Assembly: GCA_010093815.1 (NCBI GenBank) | Contig: ML996570.1 | Origin: Pseudovirgaria hyperparasitica | Lineage: Eukaryota | DNA: 64,000 nt | Reading direction: 5' to 3' (one strand) | Shown here: in pieces, positions 50,390-61,930 of the stretch | Numbering within the stretch: the first letter of the stretch is position 1 | Layout of the letters: every line of letters starts with the position of its first letter | Position numbers and translations under genes: made by a program | Notes under the pieces: model-generated | The model's input: only the letters and a program-made list of their open reading frames with translations | The model's database searches: none | Told to the model about the DNA's origin: nothing

Positions 50390-51579
50390 ATGGCGCAGCT
50401 CACTATCGATGGCAATAGTCGCGATGCTGCGGCAAAGCTCAAGGTTGATTACCCTTGGATACGGACTCCAGTTGTAGCCAGTGCGCCTATGCGGTTGATT
50501 GCGGATATTGATTTGACGCTTGCAGTTTGCAGAGCTGGTGAGTATGCTACGCACGCTCAAGAATGCAAAGAGCTAAATGTTCAACAGGCGGAATTGGGTT
50601 TCTTGCGGGAGGCACTGATGTATCTCAGATGGACCAACAGTGTCAGAAATTGAAAGAAGCTCTCGAACCAACACCGATTGCATCGCGAGTAGGAGTGCAG
50701 CCTTATGGACTAGGCTTCATTACGTGGGGCGCTCCACTAGAAGCCTCTGTAGCGGTCATCCAGAGACATAAGCCCGCAGCAGTTTGGTTCTTTGCGCCTC
50801 AGAAGCTGAAAGATCTCGTCGATTGGACGCAACGAACCAGAGCCGCGTCACCGGAAACCCGTATCTGGATCCAGGTCGGCACTGTAGCGGATGCAATCGA
50901 GGCGACTGAGCTGTGTCAAGCCGATGTGTTGGTTTTACAGGGCCAAGATGCTGGTGGACATGGCTACTACTCGGCAGCAAGCATCGTCAGCTTGGTTCCT
51001 GAGGTGGAAGACAGATTGGAAGCTTGGTCGAAGGCATCTGGAAAGCCAACTCCCATCATCTTTGCTGCCGGTGGTATTATGGACTCGCGGGCATTTGCAG
51101 CCGCTTTGACTCTCGGTGCACATGGTATCGTGCTGGGTACCAGACTACTTGCTGCAAACGAGGCGATTATTGCGGATGGCTATCAGGAAGCACTGTTCGC
51201 TGCTGAAGACGGCGGCACTGCTACTGCGCGTTCTAACTTGTATGATACTCTGCGGGGAACGCTTGGATGGCCAGAAGCTATAGGTGGCCGCGGGGTGCTC
51301 AATCGCAGCTGGGAAGACTCAAAGAAAGGCATGTCGATGGAGGATAACAAAATCTTATATGACAAGGCAATGAAGCTAGGAGCAAAAGGTTGGGGATTTG
51401 ATAAGCAAACCGAAGGTCACGCATACGTTGGTAAGGTCGAGGACGGTCGTATGACGGCTTACGCTGGCACTGGGGTTGGCCTGCTCAAAAGACGACAACC
51501 AGCAGCAGAGATTGTCCTTGAGGTCAGAGAGGGTGTAATGGGAAAGCTGACACGAGCCAGCGGAGCTATGTTGCCTTGA
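50390..51579 (+). CDS. Second nitronate monooxygenase / 2-nitropropane dioxygenase family flavoprotein (2 exons)
   Basis: PVVASAPMR..LAVCRAG|GIGFLAGG, WIQVGTV, QGQDAGGHG, FAAGGIMDSR, GIVLGTRL, YAGTGVG. Confidence 0.9.
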
Positions 51580-52127
51580 TACTCATTGGTGAGCCTCGAT
51601 ATCGTTGAACGGCTCTTTGCTTGGGGGATGATACTTGTGATTTATGATAGCTGAGACAGATGGCCAAGAATTATACTAATCCTAGTAAGACAGGCGGTAG
51701 AAGATATGCACGGGCCATATCTTCAACAGGACTTAAGGAACTCACCTATGCTATATTCTATTATTAATGTGTATACACTGACTATAGTACTGGAATGGAA
51801 AGATGATTATAAGCTAGTATAAGTAGTTATAGCTTAAAGTAAGCCTCTACTGCCCTGAAGTTCCTAAGAAAGTCTAAAACTAGACGTAGCAATATAATTA
51901 GCTGGCTGGGATCTAATCCGGATCAGGTGCACGCGCGCACTAGCGCGACATTGCACCATAGGACCGTGTTCGTGATGTGAAGATTATCTTACAACACGCC
52001 AACGAGATGCATCTTTCATCTACCTATAAGAGTATAGTTGCACATCTCTTACAACAGTATACACCGAACAAATCCCCATCAAGCATCTGATTGCGCATAG
52101 TGCTAGTGAATCAACAATCTACGTATA

Positions 52128-55100
52128 ATGCCGAGCCGCAAACGCGCGGCGCTAGGGGTCATAGATCTTACAGATGAGTCTCAAAATCGCAGTAACAAGC
52201 AAGTGTGTGGGTCAAATGGACAAGTGCAACCACCTCCAAGTCAAAGTTCTTACGACGAGGACCTTGAGGCCTATGGGGACGAGCTTATCGCAGGCACCCA
52301 GGAATATAATGAAGGCACTTGGCGACGATTGCAGTTCTATGGAACGCTGAGTACCAAGATCGTAGGAGTGCAGTACTACGCAGGTCAGGCTACAGCGGGA
52401 GAACTGTTTTGTAGGTGCTTCGGAATCGCATGAGCTTTGGACCGATATTGACTATCATACGCAATAGTAGTCCGACGCGAGCCGAATAATATGTACGATC
52501 GTAACGCCATACGTGCCCTGAGTAGAACTTCTCTTCCCACTATTCTGTATTTCATACTGATTCTGCATTGTAGACGTAAGAGAGGAGCAAATTGGTCACA
52601 TACCCAGAGCAGTGGCCGCAAAATTGGCAAAGTACATGGTAGGTCTCGATGAACAAGCAGTCTAGCTAGAATCAAAGCTCATATATGACTTAGGATAGTA
52701 ATGCGTTGCGCATTGAAGGGGGTATTAACGGCTATATTGGCCAATTTGATTGCCCTATCAAGCTAAAGCTCTATGGCTCATCAGACGAGGTCGTCAAGAG
52801 AGATCTTGTGAACCAGATGAGAGCCGAGAAGTTACCGTTAGACGGCATTAGAGAAGCCGAGGCAGAGACGAGAAGAAATGCTAAGCTGGAAGCAGGCAGG
52901 TTAAAAGAACTCCAGAAATTGCAGCGCGAGGCGAAGAAGAACGGCGGCGCAGTTGTAGGTGGCCCGCAGCAATATGTAGGAGGCGGATCTGTTGGAATTG
53001 GCCCTACCCCAGACTTGACAGATATCATCAACGGAAGTGAACGCTTTACTTCGCGGAGTGTGGGACAGATGACCGAGGACTATGGAAAAAGGGAGGCCGA
53101 TCTGGTGAGATGTTTGAGCTGTGAAAGATGGGCCGTCTAACATCTGATAGGAAACCATGCCGATGGCAAAGCAGCCTGAGGCCCTTTCAGCGGAACTGCT
53201 ACCGTTTCAAAGGCAAGGTCTGCATTGGTTGCTATCGAAAGAATCACCTCAGGTGCCAGCTAAGGGATCGAATGATATTTGCCAGCTTTGGAAGCGATCT
53301 AGTAGAGACCCTAATATCATTACTAACATCGCTACCAATTTCAGCTTGAAGGGAAGCAGTCCTGCCATGGCCAGTGGTGGAATTCTTGCTGATGATATGG
53401 GTCTGGGCAAAACAGTTCAAATCATAAGCTTAATCGTCGCAGATAGGGCTTTTCGGCAGCAAGACGGGCTCGATACCTCCGCAACTTTGATCATCGCCCC
53501 CTTGGGAGTCATGAGCAACTGGAGCTCACAAGTCAGTTCTCAACGCTCGATGGAAAACGTTAATTCTGACTGCCACTCAGATCGAGCGTCACGTGAAGAC
53601 TAAGCATAGACTACGAGTTATGACCTATCACGGTAATAGAAAATTGAAACTTGATGCTAGCGAGATCAAGAATTACGATGTGGTGATTACCACATACGGT
53701 ACTGTAGCAACTGAATACTGGAGTACAAAGCAACCCCAAGTTCCCATGAAGCAAGGGTAAGTCGTTCGGCTAGATGTGTGTCTCAATCTTCTTACTGAAT
53801 ATAGTCTGTTCTCTGTCGAATGGCGTCGGGTAGTTGTGGATGAGGGCCATGGTTTGCGTAACCCCACCGCAAAGAAGACCGTTGCGGCGATGAATTTGAT
53901 GGCTCAATCAAGATGGATTCTGACGGGGACGCCCATTATTAACACTCTCAAAGATTTCTACAGTCTGACCAAATTCATCAGGCTATCTGGAGGGCTTGAC
54001 AGATTTGAACTATTCAATGCAGCCATCATTCGACCTGTCAATGCGGGTGACCCGCTTGGTATTGGCTTACTCCAGACCCTCATGCAGGACATCTGCTTAA
54101 GGAGGAGGAAAGACATGAAGTTTGTCGACTTGAAGCTGCCCAAATTGACAGAGTATGTCCACAAGATTACCCTACTGGAGCATGAGCAACAGAAATACGA
54201 TGCACTAGAGTATGCACCCTGTCCACTGTCTGTACAAAGGACTGACAATCACAGAGCCGAAGCCAAAGGAACGCTCAGTGATTACCAGGCTCGACAAGCC
54301 AGTTCTGGCCAGAGCGCAATGAAGGCTTATCGCCACCTTCTCGAGATCCTCATCCGTATGAGGCAACTCTGTAATCACTGGAAAATGTGTGGCGAAGAGC
54401 GCTTCAAGGATATCATGGAGATATTGGAAAAAGAGAAAGTGCTTGATCTTACCCCCGAGAACAAGGCGGCCTTGCAGTCCATGTTACAGCTGAACATTGA
54501 AAGCCAGGAAGACTGCCCCATATGTCTCGACAACCTCAAGGAGCCCGTAATCACCTGCTGCGCACACATTTTCTGCAACGCCTGCATCGAAACGGTCATC
54601 GACACGCAGCGAAAATGCCCAATGTGTCGTGCGGAGCTCCCTGCTATCACCAGTCTTGTCCATCCTGCGAAAGAGGAAAAGCCGCAGCAGTCTAATATTG
54701 ACACAGAAAACAGCAGCAGCAAAGTCGAGGCCTTACTATCCATCCTTCGCGCATCGAGTAAGAAGATGGGGACCAAGACTGTTGTCTTTAGCCAGTGGAC
54801 AACGTTTCTCGACATTGTGCAGGCCCAGCTCGATGAAGAAGGCTTCAATTACACACGAATCGACGGGCGGATGACAGCCACTCAGCGCGACTCAGCCATG
54901 GATGAGTTGGAGAAGAACGAAGAATGCACAATTATGCTGGCCAGTCTGGGTGTGTGCTCCGTCGGGCTGAATCTAGTTGCTGCAAACCAAGTCGTGCTTG
55001 CAGATACATGGTGGTAAGTCACCCTGTCCACGTAACTGCTTCAATAGCGATTTCTCACGGCATACGAACAGGGCCCCAGCAATCGAAGACCAAGCCATTG

Positions 55101-55300
55101 ACCGTGTACATCGACTCGGGCAAAAGAAGCCGACGACTGTGTTTCGACTCGTTGTTGAGGGTAGTATTGAGGAGAATGTGCTCCAGATTCAAGGCGACAA
55201 GCGGAAGCTGATGAACTTGGCGTTTGCGGAGAAGGCCGGAAAACGGGACGCCGGTGTGAAAAATGCAAGGCTGGCGGATATCGAAAGGTTGCTTGCTTAG
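52128..55300 (+). CDS. Rad5/HLTF-like SNF2 helicase-ubiquitin ligase (HIRAN + SNF2 ATPase + RING + helicase C; ~9 exons)
   Basis: TKIVGVQYY, RREPNNMYDRNAIR, IGHIPR (HIRAN); GGILADDMGLGKT, VVVDEGH, LTGTPIIN; CPICLD..CAHIFCNAC..CPMC (C3HC4); VVFSQW, GLNLVAAN, QAIDRVHRLGQ. Confidence 0.93.
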
Positions 55301-55497
55301 TACGTTGGCTTCTCGAACAATATGATGTCGTATGCTTTGGAGTATAAAGGCGTTGTGTCAAGACAAAAGAGCTACAAACAGGGGTCTGCGGAATTCGGGG
55401 TTCAACTATGTAGTCTATATGTGCTTCTAAGCTTTCTCGGACTTCATGCCTTGGAATAACGACGAAGACACCAGTCACGTCACTACAGGGCGGGAAT

Positions 55498-56598
55498 TTA
55501 GTTCTCCAAATTCCCGTGTTCATCCCACGCCTTGCACTCGCCATCCTTGCTGCAGAAAGGTTAGCGCCTTGTATGAAGTTTAACAGTGAAGGTTGTAACG
55601 TACCAGCAATTGCACCTCTCATTCCCAGCTCCCAAGAAGGCTTTCTTCCATTCCTGTTTTTGTACCGCCCTTCCGTATATCTTGGCTGCAATCTTGCAAG
55701 CTCTGTTGGCCTGGGAATGGAACTTAGCTCATACGTATATATAAAGATGATGCCGCTGTGACTCACTTGAAAGTCAAGGTCCCCGTCACGACATACGTCT
55801 TTCATGCATTTCTCGAAATCCTTATTGCAAGTCTCGAAGCATTCGTCACATTTACCGTAGCAATAGTCGTGCCTTGTGCAGCAAGGATCGAAGTCTAGCT
55901 GTGGGATCGGAGATGCTATGTCGGAAGGGCAGCCGTCGATGAATGGTTCCGGAGCGCCTGGTCTCTCCACTATGTCATATCCCTTGGGGCAGCGAGGAAC
56001 CTTGGTATCGACTCTGCGGGCAGATAACGTGATTGTTTCGGGGTCCACCGTGGGAATGAACAGTAGGGTTTGCGAGGACTCAGAGGTATTGGAAGTCGAT
56101 TGACCATCGTCATTTGAAGACGGCACAAGAATCTCGCTCAAGGACCGGACAGTGCCGTTGCAGAATACTCTGAAGAGGGATTCGGGACCATCGGACGAGA
56201 ATATGTCTAGAATAATTCCACCGTCTTCTGAACCCGTAAGGTATTGGGGTGGGTGGGTGTTGACGACAACATGAAAGACACTAACCAAGCTTAAAATCTA
56301 TCATATCTGGTCGCTATTCTCGAGCGAAATGAATAACTTACTCTGTAGAATAGTTCGAGTCTTGCGGCTTCTCGAACGAAAAGCTTGAAAGTTCCACGCT
56401 GTTCGAAGATTCAGACTTTGGAAGAGTAACCACACGACCGTCCTTGGCGACAAAAGGAGTGAGGTTAGAAGTGAAGGCATGGTAGACGATGTCTGATCGT
56501 GTTGGGTCTACGAGGCATACGTTGCCGGCCTCATCTCTGGAGAAACCAAAAACGAGAGCGGGAAGTGCTAGCAGCAGAGCGATATTTGGAGTGACCAT
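55498..56598 (-). CDS. Secreted cysteine-rich protein with a phospholipase A2-like (group XII-like) C-terminal domain (4 exons)
   Basis: Signal peptide MVTPNIALLLALPALVFG; DGCP..FDPCCTRHDYCYGKC..FETCNKDFEKCMKDVC..ACKIAAKIYGRAV..RCNC; introns beginning GTAAGT, GTGAGT and GTACGT restore one reading frame. Confidence 0.8.
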
Positions 56599-58248
56599 CG
56601 CTGTGGTTGTTGTCAGTGATTATAGGATGAGGCAGCTTGTGAACAAGAGAGCTTGGTGAGGAGATTAATGAGAGAGATAAAATTCAGGAATGTGGAGGAT
56701 GGTGCAATATAAGTAGCTTTATGATCCGGATCAGTCGCACTGCAGTTTCCTAGGACCTAAAGACGCATCCATGGTAGACTGATCCAGCGATTGGCAACAC
56801 TAATATTGAAAGCAGTAGCAACAATAACATGACCATTAATAACACCATTAGTACGACTGAAATGAACAATACATTACCGTTTCTCAACTGTCGTGCATCA
56901 CTGCTCATAAGTGCAAGTTAGGCTTACATGTTGATCAATAGCTCTCCGCTGGTTCTTAAGGCCATTGTATGCATTGTGTTCTGTTCTTCACATCGCAGCA
57001 AGCCTCATGCGCACGATGCCGGTGGTCAAGTGGTCGACCGGAAGTGCGCGGGCTATTTGTTTTCAGCCCTCAGGTCAAAAAAATGATATCGCAGCATTCG
57101 TTGGCTCTCAAACCTGGGCCATGTATACCAATATCTATGGTACCCGAGATAGTCCTAGAGCTTAATAGTGACTTCCCATGGCATTTTGACATCGCTACTC
57201 GTACCGGACATTGCGGAAGCTCCTTTTTGCCAGGTATCAATGACCGGATCTCTCTGGTGAGTTGGAGATAAGGAAGAGAGTTTTGCCTGAGATACGATCA
57301 CAGCCCAATTCCTAGCGAACGCTCTGGAAGGTAGAATAGGTACGTCCGTGAAATCAGAAGTTTCCTTTCGTTGTGTCGCGGTAGCCAACATCACGTTACC
57401 AGGCAAGGAATGGCAAGCATCGTTGCCATATAGTCGTCGGCAACAGTTTACTTCAACGGCTCATCAGACCGACTGCAAAGGCTTGTAGATATCTATTGAA
57501 TTGGTGTTGTATTTGTAGGACATTTGGTGCAGTGATAGTCATGGAGGTAACACTAAGCTACATCCTACCGTGTTCGGGCACCGCGTTCCCGGTCATCACT
57601 ACATCCATGGAAGTCTTGTTACATACAAGATCTAGCGTGCCAAGCGATTAAGGGAAAATGGATTCATCCGGTAATGTCTAGATCGGGATGCAAAGGGCGC
57701 GCAACTTTGCTCAAACCGATGCATCTGCGTGAAGGGATATTACTCGTGAAGGACATCTGAAGAATCAATTTGTCCTCTTTTCCCGGAAACTAAAAGCGGG
57801 GATGCCTGTTTAGACAAGAGCAGCCCCGGTTCGTGAGATCAGAGCTGTGACTGAACTGTGACTCCGAACGGCCCCCACAGTGCTAGCAACAGCTGCCGGT
57901 GTCGAAGTCCTGCAGTTCTAATGAGGCATCGCTCATATGCCTAACCTGGAGCTGTTTCAGTCGATATTACAGCGGGTTGCTCATCTTCTCTCGTGTTGAC
58001 TTGTACACAACACACACTTGGACGTAACTTCAGTGAACAGGTCTTCTAAGTCTACTTCGTAGCTGTGTCAGCCTCAGGCAGCAACGTATCATCATCCAAA
58101 AAGCCATACTCTGTGCTTAACCGGCTGCGTAGCTCGTTGGCAAATACAATAGTCCGTTTTCACCTGATTAGTCGACATCATCATAGACATCAGTAAGGCT
58201 TTTCAATCTCCATTAACGTAAGGGATCGACACTAAGAAGCTGCAGAAT

Positions 58249-58966
58249 ATGCCTCTGGTCATCGAGCCCGCCACGGAAGCGGATTTGTCTGACTATGTTG
58301 ACATTCAACACGCTGCTTTCGCTGACGGCGAGGTTGGCCTACTACTCAACTCCAGAGGACCATTGACAGAAGCTCGTCGCAAGATGTATCACGAGCGATC
58401 ACTAAACGACATGAAGAATCCGACCTATCATTACATCAAGTGCGTCGACACGGACCTAAATAAGACCATCGGCTTTGGTAAATGGCGAATCCATCCAAAT
58501 GGCAGGACGCAACAGGAAGTTGATGATAGCTGGTATACGCCGACGCCACAGCCAGAGAGCAATGTGAAGGCTGAGCATGACTTCTTCATGTATCTGAACG
58601 AGTCCAGGAGAGATTATATGGGAACGAAGCCGGTTGTTTGTAAGTTTTGACAACTCTGTTCTGTAGTTTTCTTAGACTCGACTTACACACAATCTTCAAG
58701 TCTTACATGTGATGGTCACACTTCCCGAGCACCAGGGACGAGGCGCCGGGAGGATGATGATGAAGTGGGGTGTTGATGAAGCAGACCGGCTTGGTCTTGA
58801 TGCATACGTTGAATCATCAGAGGCTGGCCGTCGTTTATACGAGAGCTTTGGTTTCAAAATGCTGAAAGAGCGTATATGGAAGCTGGCAGACTACGGCATA
58901 CCTGGAGATCTCACTGCAACGAATGCGATTCTCTGGCGCGACGCTCCATCTAAAAAGGTGGTCTGA
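58249..58966 (+). CDS. GNAT-family N-acetyltransferase (2 exons)
   Basis: IGFGKW; acetyl-CoA motif VTLPEHQGRGAGRMMMKWG; AYVESSEAGRRLYESFGF. Confidence 0.92.
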
Positions 58967-59601
58967 TTTGGGTTTCCGTTATAGTTTCAAGAGTTCCATG
59001 TGCATGTTGGTAGAGGTAGACAGTCGTATCAGGATTGTATACTGGTTACCTGTTCCAATATGTGGCAGGGCGGGCCTCGGTGGTTGTTCGTACAAGACGA
59101 ATGAAACAACTATTTCCAGCAACATTGTGCGTCTCTAGATCTCCATTCAGCACTGTTACACCAATAGCTTCAGTGCATCGGTGAGATTTCTAATACTCTC
59201 GGTCTTTGTCGGGGACCCGATCGGATTTACACATTTTGAAGGGGCTGCACTAGGGTATCCATGCAAGCGTGGTGTTGGACATGCAGCGTCCAACAGTAGT
59301 GCGTCTTCAGCTCGAATTCCACTGGCGCTGAGCTGGTCTTATATGATCCATGACGTCTAATCTTTGACATTCGCACGAGAAGTTCGCAGATATCAGGTCT
59401 AACACAATCGAGCATGCTGGAAAATTTTACGCTAAGCCCAGTACTTGTCCGAGTCGACGGATCCGATAGTAGCTCAAGATCTGAAGCTCATGTGTGATTA
59501 TATATTGACCCAACAGCCATCAAACTCTAGCACTGCGTCTCCCCAGTAATACCATATACCGAAACCCACACCCATAGCAACATACTCCTTCTCCACTCAC
59601 A

Positions 59602-60630
59602 ATGATCACCAACCCCACCATACCCACAGATTCTCTCGTCCTCGTGACCGCCGTCAACGGCTTCATCGGCGCCCATATTGCCTCCCAGTTTCTCACGCAC
59701 GGCTACCGTGTTCGCGGTACGGTACGATCTCTCTCCCGCTGCAAATGGATGCTCTCACACTTCACCGCCCTCCACGGCGCCAACCGCTTCTCCCTCGTCG
59801 AAGTCACCGACGTACTTGTCCCAGGTGCCTGGGACACAGCCGTACAGGGCTGCGCCGGCTTCGTGCACGCCGCCGCGAGCGTCGACATGGCGATCCCGGA
59901 CGCGCACGCACACATCGCAGAAGCGGAGAAGGGCGCGATCGAAGCGCTTGAGGCTGCGCGCAGGGCCGGTGTGCGCGCGTTTACGTTTCTGAGCTCGAGC
60001 TGGACGCTGTATACGCCGCCGTTCCGGACCGTGGGGCCGTTGACGGAGGACATGTGGAACGAGGAAGCGGTGGCGCTGGCATGTAGTGGGAAATCCGACG
60101 AGGAGAAGGGCATGGCACCGTTTATGGCGGGCAAGGTGCGTGCGGAGCAGGCTTGTTGGGCGTGGGTGAGCGCGAATCAGCCTGGGTTTACATTTAATAC
60201 GATTCCGGTTTCGACGACGTTTGGGCCATTGGTGAGCGCGCGGGATCAGGCGTATGGCACGACGGCGGGATTTTTGAAGAATGCATTTGATGGGGAGAAC
60301 ACGGACTTCTTGAATTCGTTTCCGCCGCAGTTTTTTGTGGATGTCAGAGATGTGGGACGGCTTCACGTGGCAGGTATCATTGATCCAAGCGCGGATGGGA
60401 AGAGGATATTGGCATTTGCGAGGGACTTTAATTGGGATGATGTGTTGAAAACGTTCAAGGAGAAAGCTCCGGGGAAGGAATTTGGGATTCAGGGGTCAGA
60501 ACGGGATCTGGCCCAGGTGGAGAACAAGAGAGGGGAGGGCTTGCTTCAAGCGCTGGGAAGACCGGGTTGGGTACCCCTGGAAGAGAGTCTGAGTGACTGT
60601 GTAGATGGGTATCGTGAGGGTACAGAGTAG
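59602..60630 (+). CDS. NAD(P)-dependent epimerase/dehydratase, aldehyde reductase II-like (extended SDR)
   Basis: VLVTAVNGFIGAHI, GYRVRGTVR, FVHAA, LSSS, FVDVRDVGRLH; single exon, 342 aa. Confidence 0.9.
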   Translation: MITNPTIPTDSLVLVTAVNGFIGAHIASQFLTHGYRVRGTVRSLSRCKWMLSHFTALHGANRFSLVEVTDVLVPGAWDTAVQGCAGFVHAAASVDMAIPDAHAHIAEAEKGAIEALEAARRAGVRAFTFLSSSWTLYTPPFRTVGPLTEDMWNEEAVALACSGKSDEEKGMAPFMAGKVRAEQACWAWVSANQPGFTFNTIPVSTTFGPLVSARDQAYGTTAGFLKNAFDGENTDFLNSFPPQFFVDVRDVGRLHVAGIIDPSADGKRILAFARDFNWDDVLKTFKEKAPGKEFGIQGSERDLAQVENKRGEGLLQALGRPGWVPLEESLSDCVDGYREGTE

Positions 60631-61930
60631 GATATTTATAGGCCGCCAGACACTCCAAGTTACTCCTGGTATCATGGACTTACCTTACTCCACCATCCCT
60701 CGTCGTCACAAACGCCTCACGGAAAAGATACGTCCTGAAGCTCGTGTCATCAATGATATTGTCCTCATCAGTAGCAATTATGATTGCAGCTTCAGGCGCC
60801 ATGACCTTTGCACTCATTGCCTCCAAATGTGGCTGATCTCGTAGCACAATTTTTGCGATTGCGCCGTATGCGCTGTCTGACGGCTCGCGTGGAGCCATAG
60901 GAGTGATGTAGTGCTTGTCATGCTCGAGTGGGAAGCCCTCGCCGGCGATAGAGCGGACGAGAGTCAGGAGATTCTTCTTCCAGTACTCTGGGAACTAAGT
61001 GTTCTGAAGTATGACTTGCTTGCTATCCCACAATGGCACAAATTGGCATCATTGGCCACCCCTTTGAAATTAGGAGCTGTGGGTATGTTGAATGAGATAC
61101 TGAAAGAGTTGAATATCGAGTGGATATTATTTCCTTTGAAAAGATGAATTATTTGCTCTGCTTTCTCGTAAAGGTACTCAGGAGTTAGAACATGAAATTC
61201 AGTGTCCCTTAAAGAATTTTCGGTAGGCAGATACATGACTAAGCGATCTTGGCACTTCATAAAGTTACATTTGACACCCTCAATTTTTTCTCTCTTGCAC
61301 ATTCTGGCATTGAATTTGCAACGCAATTGTCGAGCCATCACTAGTGGAGACAAGCTCTGGAGAGTGGTTCCTGCGACTGTTCATGATGTCCAAAATGGTC
61401 CCCTCGTCAGCCGTCTCACTGCCCGCCATGGCTACCGGCCTGGTTCTGGGGCGTCTAGACTCTAGCCTCGATGGATCATGGAGAAAGCCAACCGCTGCAT
61501 CGGAAGCGATGATGCATAGTCCCGTGCGAGCCACTAGTCGAATACGAGTTATACCGCTGTGATGAATTCCTGGATCGTGCATGCATCCTATACGCATGCT
61601 GGTAGGCAGATTCAGTTGGAGGCTGCCCCCACGCTGCGTAAGCCCCTGATGCACTCGGCAACTAGGATCATCCCGGCGCTTTCAAATCTAGCCGTCGACG
61701 AGACCCTCCTGGAGCCCACCTAGAATACTGAAAATTGACCAGTACACCTCACATATATTGTGATAAATACTTTTGCGATTTGCGACTGGATTGTATTCAA
61801 TGAGGATGGATTGTACAACTGTATTACAGCGCACATGGTCACTCACCAAGGTGGCCAAGATTTGCTAATAATCTTTATATTTTACATAGCACTACAGAAC
61901 CTAGATGGTTTGAACATGTGGGCCTCTCTA

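Noticed and set aside
51577..51630. Stop-codon readthrough to a cryptic PTS1 in the second NMO (also checked for PCH2, MRI1, MFS, RRS1 and the SDR)
   Set aside because: No TGA-CTA context at these stops, and the NMO extension does not end in an SKL-like tripeptide.
55041..56288. 415-aa ORF taken as a single protein
   Set aside because: Only ~55767-56280 is the PLA2-like exon; the rest reads through introns and is antisense to the helicase 3' end.
56965..57650. Possible multi-exon gene between the PLA2-like and GNAT genes
   Set aside because: One intron-like segment (GTACGT..ACCAG) but no start-to-stop model or recognisable protein.
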